Shown piece after piece: positions 26,752 through 38,251 of a stretch of DNA of 52,915 nt (position 1 is its first letter; each line of letters starts with the position of its first letter). The translations under genes were made by a program, and so were the position numbers. The DNA is from Flavobacterium sp. (GTDB taxonomy: Bacteria; Bacteroidota; Bacteroidia; Flavobacteriales; Flavobacteriaceae). The DNA lies in NCBI GenBank assembly GCA_044374815.1, contig JBILNU010000001.1, positions 1 to 52,915 of the forward strand, given 5' to 3'. The notes below the pieces were generated by a model, which saw only the letters and a program-made list of their open reading frames with translations, had not been told where the DNA came from and made no database searches.

Positions 26752-27897
26752 TTAAAATACAAAGTTACTCAACAATTGTAAGACATTGAAAATTTCTTCT
26801 TCCGAATTATAAGAATGCAAACAAAATCGCAATCGTTCTTGTCCTTCGGGAACCGTTGGTGAAAGTATGGCTTTCACGTGAAAGCCATTTTCTTGCAAAT
26901 TAGCGGCAATAGATTTTACTTTTTCATTACCGGGAATTATAGCGCATTGAATAGCCGATTTACTGTATACAAAAAGCGATTTTAATCCGTTTTGGGTTTT
27001 AACTTGGTTGAAATATTGAATATTTTGCTTTAGCTTTTGCATCGCTACTTTTTCTTTTTGTAACTGCTGATAGGCAATAAAAATAGTAGCAACCGAATGT
27101 GGTGATAAACCAGTGGTATAAATAAAACTTCGAGAAAAATTAACTAAGTAACTTTTTAATTTGTCACTTCCTAAAACAGCTGCACCATGACATCCTAGTC
27201 CTTTTCCAAAGGTTATGATTCTTGCAAATACATCATTTTGAAAACCCAAACTTTGCACCAATCCTTCTCCGCTTTCACCAGAAACGCCTAATGCATGTGC
27301 TTCATCTATCACTAAATGGCAATTGTATTTTTTAGAAATTGTAATCAATTCTTCCAGGTTGGGGCAATCGCCATCCATTGAGAAGACCGATTCGGTTACC
27401 ACATACACTTCGACAGGCTCAGTGTGACAACGTTTGATAATGGATTCTAAATCTTCTAAATCATTATGTTGGAATTTATAGGATTTGGCATTACTCATTG
27501 CAATTCCGTCACGAATGGACGCATGACACAATTCATCATATAGAATTACATCATTACGCTGCGGTACCGAACTAAAAAAACCTACATTGGCATCGTAACC
27601 CGAATTGAAAATTAAAGCTGCAGGAACATCGTGAAACTTGGCTATAAAGTTTTCGGTGGTGGTATATAAAGAATGATTCCCAGAAATCAATCGAGAACCA
27701 GTTGCCCCATTCACTTTTAGATTGTTTTGCACAAGATACTCATGGGTTTCATTAAAAATTGTTTCATTCTTGGCAAAACCCAAATAATCATTGGAAGCAA
27801 AATCGATATTATCTTTTGAAAATGGCAATTCCCGCAAGGCATAATTTGCTTCGCGCTGTTGTAGTTTATGAGCAAGTGCTTTTGGGAAATTTTTCAT
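26752..27897 (-). CDS. bioF: 8-amino-7-oxononanoate synthase
   Basis: FASNDYLG, GSRLISG, FNSGYDAN, ESVFSMDGD, DEAH, TFGKG; first gene of the bioF-bioD-bioA unit. Confidence 0.93.
   Translation of the reverse strand: MKNFPKALAHKLQQREANYALRELPFSKDNIDFASNDYLGFAKNETIFNETHEYLVQNNLKVNGATGSRLISGNHSLYTTTENFIAKFHDVPAALIFNSGYDANVGFFSSVPQRNDVILYDELCHASIRDGIAMSNAKSYKFQHNDLEDLESIIKRCHTEPVEVYVVTESVFSMDGDCPNLEELITISKKYNCHLVIDEAHALGVSGESGEGLVQSLGFQNDVFARIITFGKGLGCHGAAVLGSDKLKSYLVNFSRSFIYTTGLSPHSVATIFIAYQQLQKEKVAMQKLKQNIQYFNQVKTQNGLKSLFVYSKSAIQCAIIPGNEKVKSIAANLQENGFHVKAILSPTVPEGQERLRFCLHSYNSEEEIFNVLQLLSNFVF
27406..27429 (-). repeat. REP-like short repeat embedded in bioF
   Basis: TGTCACACTGAGCCTGTCGAAGTG; 20/23 identical to the intergenic copy at 50345-50367. 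Confidence 0.65.
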
Positions 27898-27909
27898 CTA
27901 TCAAAAATA

Positions 27910-27939
27910 AAAAAAGCCAAACAAAATTGCTTGGCTTTT
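27910..27939 (-). terminator. Terminator after atpC
   Basis: AAAAGCCAA...TTGGCTTTT hairpin followed by a T-run on the minus strand. Confidence 0.75.
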
Positions 27940-27960
27940 AAGTTTTATTTACAAATTGTC

Positions 27961-28242
27961 TTAGTCGGCTAAAACAATTACTTTATTGTCTTTCATTTCA
28001 ATAGTACCTGAATTGATTTCTAAATTGAAGTTTTGATCATTTACTTTGGTAAATTTACTTTCTACTTCTTTTTGGAAATCAAAACTAGCCGCTGTAATTT
28101 TTACAGTCCCTTGTTTTAAAATGGACACTATTGGTGCGTGATTATTTAATATTTGAAAAGACCCATCCACTCCTGGTAAAGAAACCGAAATAACCTCTCC
28201 TTTAAATAATGTAGCTTCTGGTGATACTATTTCTAAAATCAT
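27961..28242 (-). CDS. atpC: ATP synthase F1 epsilon subunit (short form)
   Basis: LEIVSPE, LPG.DGSFQIL.NHAP; follows atpD. Confidence 0.93.
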   Translation of the reverse strand: MILEIVSPEATLFKGEVISVSLPGVDGSFQILNNHAPIVSILKQGTVKITAASFDFQKEVESKFTKVNDQNFNLEINSGTIEMKDNKVIVLAD

Positions 28243-28250
28243 ATTATTAG

Positions 28251-28317
28251 TTATGAGTTTTGAGTTATGAGTTATAAGTTGAGTCGAAACTCATAATTTA
28301 TAACTCATAATTCATAA
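28251..28317. repeat. Inverted array of tandem heptamers
   Basis: TTATGAG TTTTGAG TTATGAG TTATAAG ... CTCATAA TTTATAA CTCATAA TTCATAA. Confidence 0.85.
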
Positions 28318-28322
28318 TTATA

Positions 28323-29837
<1,515 letters not shown>

Positions 29838-30009
29838 TTATGTATTTATTTAATAGCGATTTAGAAATGAAAAAATAATGTCTTTTTTCAGAGTGCAAAG
29901 ATAAATTTTATAAATAGAAAATCAATAGCAAAAAGAGATTTTTTTAGGATTTTTTTGACTTTTTTTTAGAGCATCCAACTTATAATAAAGAAATCAATAT
30001 TATGCTAAT

Positions 30010-30040
30010 AAAAAAAACCACCAATTGAGTTGGTGGTTTT
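30010..30040 (-). terminator. Terminator after SGNH lipoprotein
   Basis: AAAACCACCAA-ttgag-TTGGTGGTTTT with a T-run on the minus strand. Confidence 0.85.
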
Positions 30041-30062
30041 AAAATTTATGTATTTTGAAAAA

Positions 30063-31619
30063 TTATAATACTGCTGGGAAAAGCGATCTATAATTACCTA
30101 CATTAGGCCCTTTTAGGTTAGATCCGTATTTAGCATTTATTGCTTCAATAAATTTATTAGCAATTAGTGCATATCCTTTTGGACTTGGGTGAACACCGTC
30201 TAATGAGAAAGCATTTCCAGTTACAAAAGTGGAATTCAAGGTAAATCCATTATAAGAAACTCCTGTGGTTGCAACTTGAGCCATAACCGCATTTGTATTT
30301 ACAAACGCCAAACCTTTTGCAGAAGCAATAGATTGAATTGAACTGTTGTAAGCATCTGTTGCTGCAACTACTTCTGCCGTTTCAGCAGCAGTTAAAGTAG
30401 TATTATCTTGCATTGGGTAAGAAACTCCAACAGTGTTAAAAGGAGCTGGAACACCAGATTGAGTTGTACCTATAACTGTTTGTGCAGTTAATAATATGTA
30501 ATCTCTTGATCCTGTACCTTTAGCATGTCTAGCTCTACCGTATAAATTCCCTAAAAAAGTAGCTGTAGTTGCACCTAATGTAGGTGTAAGTGCTCCTGTA
30601 ATAAAGGTAGCTAAATTTGGTAAACTTTCATCAACAATAAGCAATGGATTTTTTTCTGTTGTTGCAGCATTGTTATCATCTGCTACTAAAGTTGCAAATC
30701 TACTTGGTTGATTTAATGCAGTTGTAATTTGATTAATTGCTCCAAACAATTGGTTCAACTGTGCTGCACTTGCAGCAGGTAATCCAGGAATTGGATTAGT
30801 TGGAACTGTTGTAAAAAATGGTGCTGAATTTACATAAGGGATGTTTGCAACAACACCTTTAGCACCATTAGCAGTTAATCCGTTAACCAAATTATTATAA
30901 ACCGAAGCAAAAACTCCTGGGTCGGTAATATCATTTGAGCCATAAGTAGCTGGATTTGTATTTCCTAGTTGATTTGTGCCGGTCCCACCTGATGTAGCAT
31001 AAGATAAAACATCATTATTCCCTATCCAAAGAGAGAAAAATGTTGGGTTTTGAGCTACAGCATCACCTAAAACAGTTGCGGTAGCTGAAGAAGCAAAACG
31101 CACAAAATATGGATTTGCTGTTGTGCCAATTCCTACAGGATTTCCATATGAATTAGAAACTAAATGAAAGCTTTTTGCACCAGGTACACCCATATTATTA
31201 AATGCTCCTGTTAAGCGATTTAAAATTTCAGTACTTGGAGTTCCAGGAGCAGGCGCTAAAGGCGCGCTTGAAATACCAGTGTAATAAAGTCTAGGTCCGC
31301 TAACTACGGTTCCCCCTATTTTAAATCCACCCACGTTATCTGCCATAAATGGAGTAGTAAAACTTCCTCCACCAACTAATGCAAATTGCTCAGCCATAAG
31401 TGCAGGGTAAGCTCCTTTTTGACCTTCAATAAAAAGAGCTCCATCACTAAATCCAGCAGTTAAAGAGTTTCCTAATGCAACATATTTAGAAAAGTTTGCA
31501 CTCCCTGAAGTTAATGGTAAACCATCTGATGAATTTGCATCAGCAGTTACTTCATCATCATTATTACAAGCTACAAGGGTTAACGAAACCAAGAATAGCC
31601 ATTTTATATTTTTTATCAT
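30063..31619 (-). CDS. SGNH/GDSL lipolytic lipoprotein
   Basis: Lipobox LVAC; ALGNSLTAG (block I), NMGVPG, IGNND, DGVHP. Confidence 0.88.
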   Translation of the reverse strand: MIKNIKWLFLVSLTLVACNNDDEVTADANSSDGLPLTSGSANFSKYVALGNSLTAGFSDGALFIEGQKGAYPALMAEQFALVGGGSFTTPFMADNVGGFKIGGTVVSGPRLYYTGISSAPLAPAPGTPSTEILNRLTGAFNNMGVPGAKSFHLVSNSYGNPVGIGTTANPYFVRFASSATATVLGDAVAQNPTFFSLWIGNNDVLSYATSGGTGTNQLGNTNPATYGSNDITDPGVFASVYNNLVNGLTANGAKGVVANIPYVNSAPFFTTVPTNPIPGLPAASAAQLNQLFGAINQITTALNQPSRFATLVADDNNAATTEKNPLLIVDESLPNLATFITGALTPTLGATTATFLGNLYGRARHAKGTGSRDYILLTAQTVIGTTQSGVPAPFNTVGVSYPMQDNTTLTAAETAEVVAATDAYNSSIQSIASAKGLAFVNTNAVMAQVATTGVSYNGFTLNSTFVTGNAFSLDGVHPSPKGYALIANKFIEAINAKYGSNLKGPNVGNYRSLFPAVL

Positions 31620-31647
31620 AATAGTTTAATATTAGTTATTATTGAAA

Positions 31648-34482
31648 TTAAGGATTGATAGTTAAAGATGCAAAGTATTGTTGCCCAATTAATCCAGCTC
31701 CAAGAACTTGTCGGTATTCATTTCCACCAAGATTTGCAGCTCCTATTTTAAGAACTGATTTTAATTTTGGAAGCGAGTAGCTAACTTGAGCATCAATTAC
31801 AGTAGCAGCATCAATCATACCATCAGCAAATGTAGATTCCCATTTGTACTCGTCATTCCATCTTGCGCTTAAATTAAAACCAAAATTTTTGAATAATTTA
31901 TCATTACTAATTGACGCTTTAGCTCTATGTTTTGGAGTATTAAATCCGGCTTCAAAGCTTGGGTCTTTAGATTGATCAAAATCAAATTGAGCATAGTTAT
32001 AATTAGCACTTAATTCAAAATCTTTATACACTTTTTTAGAAACTCCTAATCCAACTCCTAAAGAGTTGATTTCAATGTTGGTATTAGTGTATAATTGATA
32101 AGCTCTAGTGTTTCCATTTGTTAATGCATGTACTGATTGTGCGCCTAAATCAGTTGGTCCGCCAGCAATATTTGGATTATCTACTGCTTTTCCATATAAT
32201 GGAGCAACAACTGTTAGGTTTCCTAAGAAATCATTATAAACATTATAATAACCATTTACATCAAATGAAAATCCTTTAATTTGACCTCTATAACCTAATT
32301 CAATAGCTTTTACCGTTTCTGGTTTAACTAAACCTGCATTAGATTTTTTTAATAAAGCAGCAGCAGCAACAGGATTAGATCCAGCTAAAGCTGCAAATGC
32401 TTGAACTGATGCAGCAGTATATGAGTTATTGTAAGCATTAACACCGGTCATAACAACAGTAGTTCCTCCAGCAAATGCTTGTCCTACTGGGGTAGCAACA
32501 GGTAATGTTTCAGAATATCTAATTAAGTTATCAGGAGCAGAACCAACTAATACGGCACTTCCTACATTAAATCCAATGTATTGATCTTGTGTAGTTGGAT
32601 TACGGAAACCTGTTTGGAAAGACCCTCTAAATGTGTGGTTTTTTTGTGATCCAGCAGAGTATACTGCAGAGATTCTTGGAGAGTAATTTCCATCAAAGTT
32701 TTGAGACTTGTCATAACGAATAGAACCTGTAAGTTTCAAACGATCGTCCATTAATTTCTTTTGCGCTTGTGTATATATTCCATATTCATTATAATAAATA
32801 GGACCATTAGCATCCGTGTAAATTCTTCCGTAAGAATTCAATTGATATTGTCTAAAAGACCCACCAACTTGAATTTCAACTGGTTTAAAATCATCTTTAA
32901 AATTGTAATTTGCATCTGAATGATAAATTCTTGAATTATCAACTAATTTAGATCCAGAAAGCACATCTGGATTAGAAATTACTTTATTAAAAGCCGATTT
33001 AAATGCATCAGTACCAGGAATTAACCTGCCAGTATCTGCAACTGCTCTTGCAGCAGCGTGCGCTTGAGCTGGAGTTGCTCCTCCTAATGTAGACTGAACA
33101 AATTGTCCTGCATATTGACCAAACCAAGTGGAATCACTTTTCCATGCTCTGTTTACATTTAATGCTGTAAACAACATATCATAGGAATTACCTCCATCTT
33201 CAGTTGTTGTGTACCCTCTTAAGAAGAAATTTTTTCCTTTAAATTCTAATTTATGTTGTTGCATAAAGAAGTCATTCAAGTAATATCTGTTAGCTCCTTG
33301 GTATACGGTATTTCCGAAACCAAATTTACTTTGCCATATAATTTCTAATTTTTCATTTCCAAAAGGTCTTGCATGTAAAGAGAAATCAACCTTAGCATTT
33401 CTTACTTTATTGTCTGTCAAGTCGATCTCATTGTACCCTGTTCTACTTACATTATAATTTGGTAATAAGTTAACAGCTGAAGCAGGAAGTATTCCTAAAT
33501 TAGCTAAAGTCTGACCAACATTTCTTAGGTTAGTAGAAGCCTCATCACCATATACATTAAGACCATTATAGTTATGAAAAGACCTGTCTTTTCCTGGGTT
33601 ATTTAAATCTCTATAGTCTGTCGCAAACCAATCGGTAGCATTTAAAAAAGAAAAGTTTGCTTTTGCAGCAAAGTGCTTATCAAAAGCATGCGCAATTCGA
33701 ACTCCATAATCAGTATAGTCATTAGTACCAGCAGCTTGCTGAGAGGTTTGACCGTATTTAACATAAGCAGTTACTCCTTGGCTTGTAAACGGGCTTTTAC
33801 TGTTCATAAATAAAATACCATTAAATGCATTTGCACCATAAAGAGCAGAAGATGCTCCTGGAAGTAACTCTACACTTTGAACATCTATTTCAGAAATACC
33901 AATCATATTTCCGATCACAAAGTTCAATAATGGGGAAGAATTATCCATACCGTCTACTAGTTGCATAAAACGCGTATTTGCAACTGTAGCAAATCCACGG
34001 GTATTAATAGATTTAAATGACATACTACTAGTATTCATTTGGACTTCTTTAAGATTCTCTAATCCATCATAAAATGTTGGAGAGGCAGATTTTTTGATGT
34101 CTCTAATCGTCATTCTTTCAATAGTAACCGGAGATTCTTTAATTCGCTCTGGTGTTCTAGAAGCAGAAACTACAATGTCATCCAACTTGGTGTCTTCCAT
34201 TAATAATACTACTTCTACTTTTTTAGAAAGAGAAGTTATTTGTATTTTTTGCGCCGCAAATCCAATACTTGAAACTTCAATTGTAAATGGAACTTTTGCA
34301 GGTGTTTTTAATACAAATTTTCCTGTTGCATCAGTTATTGCGCCAAGTGACTCACCTGAAACTTTTACGTTTACACCAGGAATCGGTTCGTTTTTAGCGT
34401 CTTTTACTGAACCTGAAATTGTGTTTTGAGCAAAAGATATGCTGCAAAAAAACAATGTCAAAATAAAATAATAAATCTTCAT
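31648..34482 (-). CDS. TonB-dependent receptor with N-terminal carboxypeptidase-regulatory-like domain
   Basis: Signal peptide; ISGSVKD..EPIPG; LDDIVVSASR; plug RGF..LVDG; GASSALYG; start MKIYY preferred (ORF track gives 34521). Confidence 0.9.
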   Translation of the reverse strand: MKIYYFILTLFFCSISFAQNTISGSVKDAKNEPIPGVNVKVSGESLGAITDATGKFVLKTPAKVPFTIEVSSIGFAAQKIQITSLSKKVEVVLLMEDTKLDDIVVSASRTPERIKESPVTIERMTIRDIKKSASPTFYDGLENLKEVQMNTSSMSFKSINTRGFATVANTRFMQLVDGMDNSSPLLNFVIGNMIGISEIDVQSVELLPGASSALYGANAFNGILFMNSKSPFTSQGVTAYVKYGQTSQQAAGTNDYTDYGVRIAHAFDKHFAAKANFSFLNATDWFATDYRDLNNPGKDRSFHNYNGLNVYGDEASTNLRNVGQTLANLGILPASAVNLLPNYNVSRTGYNEIDLTDNKVRNAKVDFSLHARPFGNEKLEIIWQSKFGFGNTVYQGANRYYLNDFFMQQHKLEFKGKNFFLRGYTTTEDGGNSYDMLFTALNVNRAWKSDSTWFGQYAGQFVQSTLGGATPAQAHAAARAVADTGRLIPGTDAFKSAFNKVISNPDVLSGSKLVDNSRIYHSDANYNFKDDFKPVEIQVGGSFRQYQLNSYGRIYTDANGPIYYNEYGIYTQAQKKLMDDRLKLTGSIRYDKSQNFDGNYSPRISAVYSAGSQKNHTFRGSFQTGFRNPTTQDQYIGFNVGSAVLVGSAPDNLIRYSETLPVATPVGQAFAGGTTVVMTGVNAYNNSYTAASVQAFAALAGSNPVAAAALLKKSNAGLVKPETVKAIELGYRGQIKGFSFDVNGYYNVYNDFLGNLTVVAPLYGKAVDNPNIAGGPTDLGAQSVHALTNGNTRAYQLYTNTNIEINSLGVGLGVSKKVYKDFELSANYNYAQFDFDQSKDPSFEAGFNTPKHRAKASISNDKLFKNFGFNLSARWNDEYKWESTFADGMIDAATVIDAQVSYSLPKLKSVLKIGAANLGGNEYRQVLGAGLIGQQYFASLTINP

Positions 34483-34579
34483 TAGGTTTAATTTTAGTTG
34501 GTTTAAGTAGCCAAAGTACAAATTTTTTTTAAATTAATAAAAAATGATATAATTATTTTTAAAATTATCAATGAAAACA

Positions 34580-34611
34580 AAAAAAGCGAAACATTTCTGT
34601 TTCGCTTTTTT
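34580..34611 (-). terminator. Terminator after glmS
   Basis: AAAAAAGCGAAACA-tttc-TGTTTCGCTTTTTT. Confidence 0.9.
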
Positions 34612-34629
34612 TGTTAACAAAGTATATTT

Positions 34630-36477
34630 TTATTCTACTGTAACTGATTTTGCTAGATTTCTTGGCTGGTCTACATTACAACCTCGCATTACAGCAATAT
34701 GATAGGACAATAATTGTAATGGAATTGTGGTTAATAATGGAGATAAAGCATCTGAAGTTTCTGGAATTTCAATTACATGATCTGCCAATTCTTTTACTTG
34801 GCTATCCCCTTTAGTAACTACGGCAATTATTTTCCCGCTTCGCGATTTAATTTCCTGAATATTACTTACAACTTTGTCATAATGTCCTTGTTTAGGTGCA
34901 ATAACAATTACTGGCATTTTCTCATCAATAAGAGCAATAGGACCGTGTTTCATTTCGGCAGCTGGATACCCTTCTGCATGAATATAGGATATTTCTTTTA
35001 ATTTTAAGGCTCCTTCTAAAGCTACAGGGAAATTATAACCTCTACCTAAATACAAACAATTGGTAGCATCTTTATATATTGTAGCTATTTGTTTAGCAAT
35101 ATCATTAATTTCTAATGTTTCCGTAACTTTTTCTGGAATTAATTCTAATTCTTGTAGGTATCTAAAATAATCCGATGTAGTTAATGTTCCTTTTGCTTTA
35201 GCCAAACGCAAAGCCATCATGGTAAGCACTGTAATTTGTGTAGTGAATGCTTTTGTTGAAGCCACTCCAATTTCTGGACCAGCATGTGTATATGCGCCTG
35301 CATGAGTTTCTCGAGAGATAGAAGAACCTACCACATTACAAACTCCAAAAACAAAAGCACCTTTTTCTTTAGCCAATTTTATTGCTGCTAAAGTATCGGC
35401 AGTTTCACCTGATTGAGATATAGCAATTACTATATCTTTGGAGGTAATAATTGGGTTTCTATATCTAAATTCAGATGCGTATTCAACCTCTACAGGTATT
35501 CTTGTAAACTCTTCAATTACATATTCTGCAACCAATCCGGCATGCCATGAAGTGCCACATGCAATTATTATTATTCTATCTGCGTTTATAAATTTATCCA
35601 AATTATCTTCAACACCCGACATTTGAATTATCCCAGAATTAGAATGAAGTCTACCTCTATAAGTGTCTTTAATTACATTGGGTTGCTCATAAATTTCCTT
35701 AAGCATAAAATGATCGTAACCCCCTTTTTCAATTTGTTCCAAATTCATTTGCAACTCTTGTATATAAGGATCTACTAAAGCATCATCTTTGATTCTTCGA
35801 ATTTTTAATGGCTTAGTTAATCTTACGATTGCCATTTCTTCATCTTCCAAATAAATTGCATTTGTAGTGTATTCTATAAATGGAGTAGCATCAGAAGCAA
35901 TGAAAAATTCATTTTCTCCAACACCAATTGCCAAAGGACTTCCAAGGCGTGCGACTACAATTTCATCAGGTTTTTTCTTGTCGAATACACATATTGCATA
36001 AGCTCCCACAACTTGGTTTAACGCAATTTGAACTGCTTTACCCAGTTTAATATTTTCTTTTTTCTGAACCTCTTCTATAAGATTTACCAATACTTCGGTA
36101 TCTGTATCAGAAGAAAAAACATAACCTCTCTTAATTAGTTCTTTTTTTAGTGGCTCATAATTTTCAATAATTCCATTGTGAACAATACAAATATCACCAG
36201 AATTAGATACATGTGGATGTGAATTAACATTATTAGGAATACCATGAGTTGCCCATCTTGTATGGCCAATTCCAATGGTGCCGTTTATTGTAATATCTAA
36301 ATTTGATTTATCCTCAAGATCAGATACCTTCCCTTTAGTTTTGGAGATCTTTAAATTTTCTCCGTCATAAAGCATTAAGCCAGCACTGTCATAACCTCTA
36401 TATTCAAGGCGTTTTAACCCTTTAATTACAATAGGGTATGCTTCACGATGACCAATATATCCAACAATTCCACACAT
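34630..36477 (-). CDS. glmS: Glutamine--fructose-6-phosphate transaminase
   Basis: MCGIVG, LEYRGYDSAG, GHTRWATHG, SQSGETADT, PRNLAKSVTVE. Confidence 0.99.
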   Translation of the reverse strand: MCGIVGYIGHREAYPIVIKGLKRLEYRGYDSAGLMLYDGENLKISKTKGKVSDLEDKSNLDITINGTIGIGHTRWATHGIPNNVNSHPHVSNSGDICIVHNGIIENYEPLKKELIKRGYVFSSDTDTEVLVNLIEEVQKKENIKLGKAVQIALNQVVGAYAICVFDKKKPDEIVVARLGSPLAIGVGENEFFIASDATPFIEYTTNAIYLEDEEMAIVRLTKPLKIRRIKDDALVDPYIQELQMNLEQIEKGGYDHFMLKEIYEQPNVIKDTYRGRLHSNSGIIQMSGVEDNLDKFINADRIIIIACGTSWHAGLVAEYVIEEFTRIPVEVEYASEFRYRNPIITSKDIVIAISQSGETADTLAAIKLAKEKGAFVFGVCNVVGSSISRETHAGAYTHAGPEIGVASTKAFTTQITVLTMMALRLAKAKGTLTTSDYFRYLQELELIPEKVTETLEINDIAKQIATIYKDATNCLYLGRGYNFPVALEGALKLKEISYIHAEGYPAAEMKHGPIALIDEKMPVIVIAPKQGHYDKVVSNIQEIKSRSGKIIAVVTKGDSQVKELADHVIEIPETSDALSPLLTTIPLQLLSYHIAVMRGCNVDQPRNLAKSVTVE

Positions 36478-36490
36478 AAAGATTTATATA

Positions 36491-38233
36491 TTATTCTGGT
36501 TTTGTATAATAGATTTGTAATTTTATTCTTTTATCATAGTCAGAGTCTCCTGGAGGAATATTACTACCATATAAAACGGTTCCTAAAGGATTTACAATAG
36601 ACATTGCCGGAATGTATTTGCTTTGAAATAAATTACTTCCTGTTCCACTTGAAAAAGGATTTTTTAAAAAAAAGTTGCTGGCAACATTAATATTTTCTGT
36701 TACTACTAATCCTAAACGCACATTGGTAGAATCTTTAGTAACACCAACTCCTCCGTATTTAATTAAATTCCTAATATGATTTGTAATATTTACTTTGTAA
36801 AATGTCCCTCTTTCATTCGATTTTGCATTTACGATTTTACCTTTTTCAGTTGACAATATACCTCCATAAATTAGTTTACTGTATTTTGAATTAATAAAAG
36901 AAGTTGTAAAATCTGAAAAAAAGTCAATTAATGGTCTTTTGTTAGTTAAATCATATAGAAAAATTCTATTTGGTTCGATAGCATTTGTCATAGCATTTTT
37001 ATTAATGAAGAAGGTTAAATTTGCATCATTTATTAACCATTTTTTTCTACCGCCTGCTGGATTTCTTAGATTATCTAATTCATCAGAAACACCATTTGGT
37101 GAATTAATTAAATGCCCATCTGTTTTATCGTAACTAATATTATCGGTTTTATCAAATAAATCAATAATGGCCATTGAACCATCACCACCTTTAAGGAAGA
37201 GATTTCTATCACCATTAACAGGATTAGGAGTTACAAAACCTGGAAAAGAATTTTCATTATTTAATAAATTCACGCAATTTCCTGCAAGATTCAAATTCAT
37301 TATTTTTCTAACCGGAGCTGCTGTATCTGTAGGGGAAACTTTATCACGATATACAATGGTAATTACACCTGCGGTAAAATTCATCATTGCAAGAGTTCCT
37401 TGGTTGGGTGATTCTGCGGCATTCTCTACTTTAAAATACAATCCTTTAAAATAAGTTTTAAAAGTATTGTTATTGTATAATTTCCCGGCAGGAGCTTGTA
37501 AAATTTTAGATGTAAAAAAAGCTTTGTCTAAATTTAATAACATCCCCGGCGCTTTTCTTTCTGCTACATTTGTATATCCTGGGGTGCCATCTGGATTTTT
37601 TTTATAAAATTTTATTTGTTTTTCACTAAATACAAATTTTTCGTTTTGACTATTGTCAATAACCGTATGATCAAAAACACTTTTATTATCATTATTTAAT
37701 AATACTCCGCCATTATTAGCATCAAAATCGGCTTGTTGATTAGAGTAATATTTTTGAACTTGTTGAAATCCTGTATTTGGATCTAAACTTTCTAAAAATT
37801 TTGTTGACTCATAAACGCTTAACTTTATTTTACCAGACCCTTTAAGAGAATCTAAAGTGTATGTACTATTTCCTGAATCATCTGTGCTTACAAATTTACT
37901 AAAATAAGGTACATACAAGTAAACAGAGTCAATTACTGGAGTATAAAAAGTTGGATTTTCAACTGCCATAGTTACTTGACTAACAAAGCTTGCAGTTGTT
38001 TTTCCAAATATTGGACTATTATAAAAACCAAATTGGTTAACGTTTAAATTATTAGTTTGAACTGGACCAAGAATTTGATTGTATGCCGTTACATTATAAT
38101 TCGCTACATCCATACCATAGTGTTCGTCTCCAAGAATTCCAGAACCAATTTCATTGATGTCTTTGTCACAAGAAATTAATGAAAGAATTAAAAATAAGGA
38201 AAATAATGATTTAAATAAGAAATTAAATTTCAT
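36491..38233 (-). CDS. DUF4270-like lipoprotein
   Basis: Lipobox LISC; FGKTTASFVSQ, DSVYLYVPY, NPLGTVLYG, KLQIYYT; lies between the GT5-like gene and glmS. Confidence 0.75.
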   Translation of the reverse strand: MKFNFLFKSLFSLFLILSLISCDKDINEIGSGILGDEHYGMDVANYNVTAYNQILGPVQTNNLNVNQFGFYNSPIFGKTTASFVSQVTMAVENPTFYTPVIDSVYLYVPYFSKFVSTDDSGNSTYTLDSLKGSGKIKLSVYESTKFLESLDPNTGFQQVQKYYSNQQADFDANNGGVLLNNDNKSVFDHTVIDNSQNEKFVFSEKQIKFYKKNPDGTPGYTNVAERKAPGMLLNLDKAFFTSKILQAPAGKLYNNNTFKTYFKGLYFKVENAAESPNQGTLAMMNFTAGVITIVYRDKVSPTDTAAPVRKIMNLNLAGNCVNLLNNENSFPGFVTPNPVNGDRNLFLKGGDGSMAIIDLFDKTDNISYDKTDGHLINSPNGVSDELDNLRNPAGGRKKWLINDANLTFFINKNAMTNAIEPNRIFLYDLTNKRPLIDFFSDFTTSFINSKYSKLIYGGILSTEKGKIVNAKSNERGTFYKVNITNHIRNLIKYGGVGVTKDSTNVRLGLVVTENINVASNFFLKNPFSSGTGSNLFQSKYIPAMSIVNPLGTVLYGSNIPPGDSDYDKRIKLQIYYTKPE

Positions 38234-38251
38234 GTTTTTGTTGTAATAATA

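Noticed and set aside
28251-28317. CRISPR array
   Set aside because: The units are 7 bp with no spacers and there are no cas genes; treated as a heptamer hairpin
36478-36490. glmS ribozyme
   Set aside because: Only 13 nt separate DUF4270 from glmS, leaving no room
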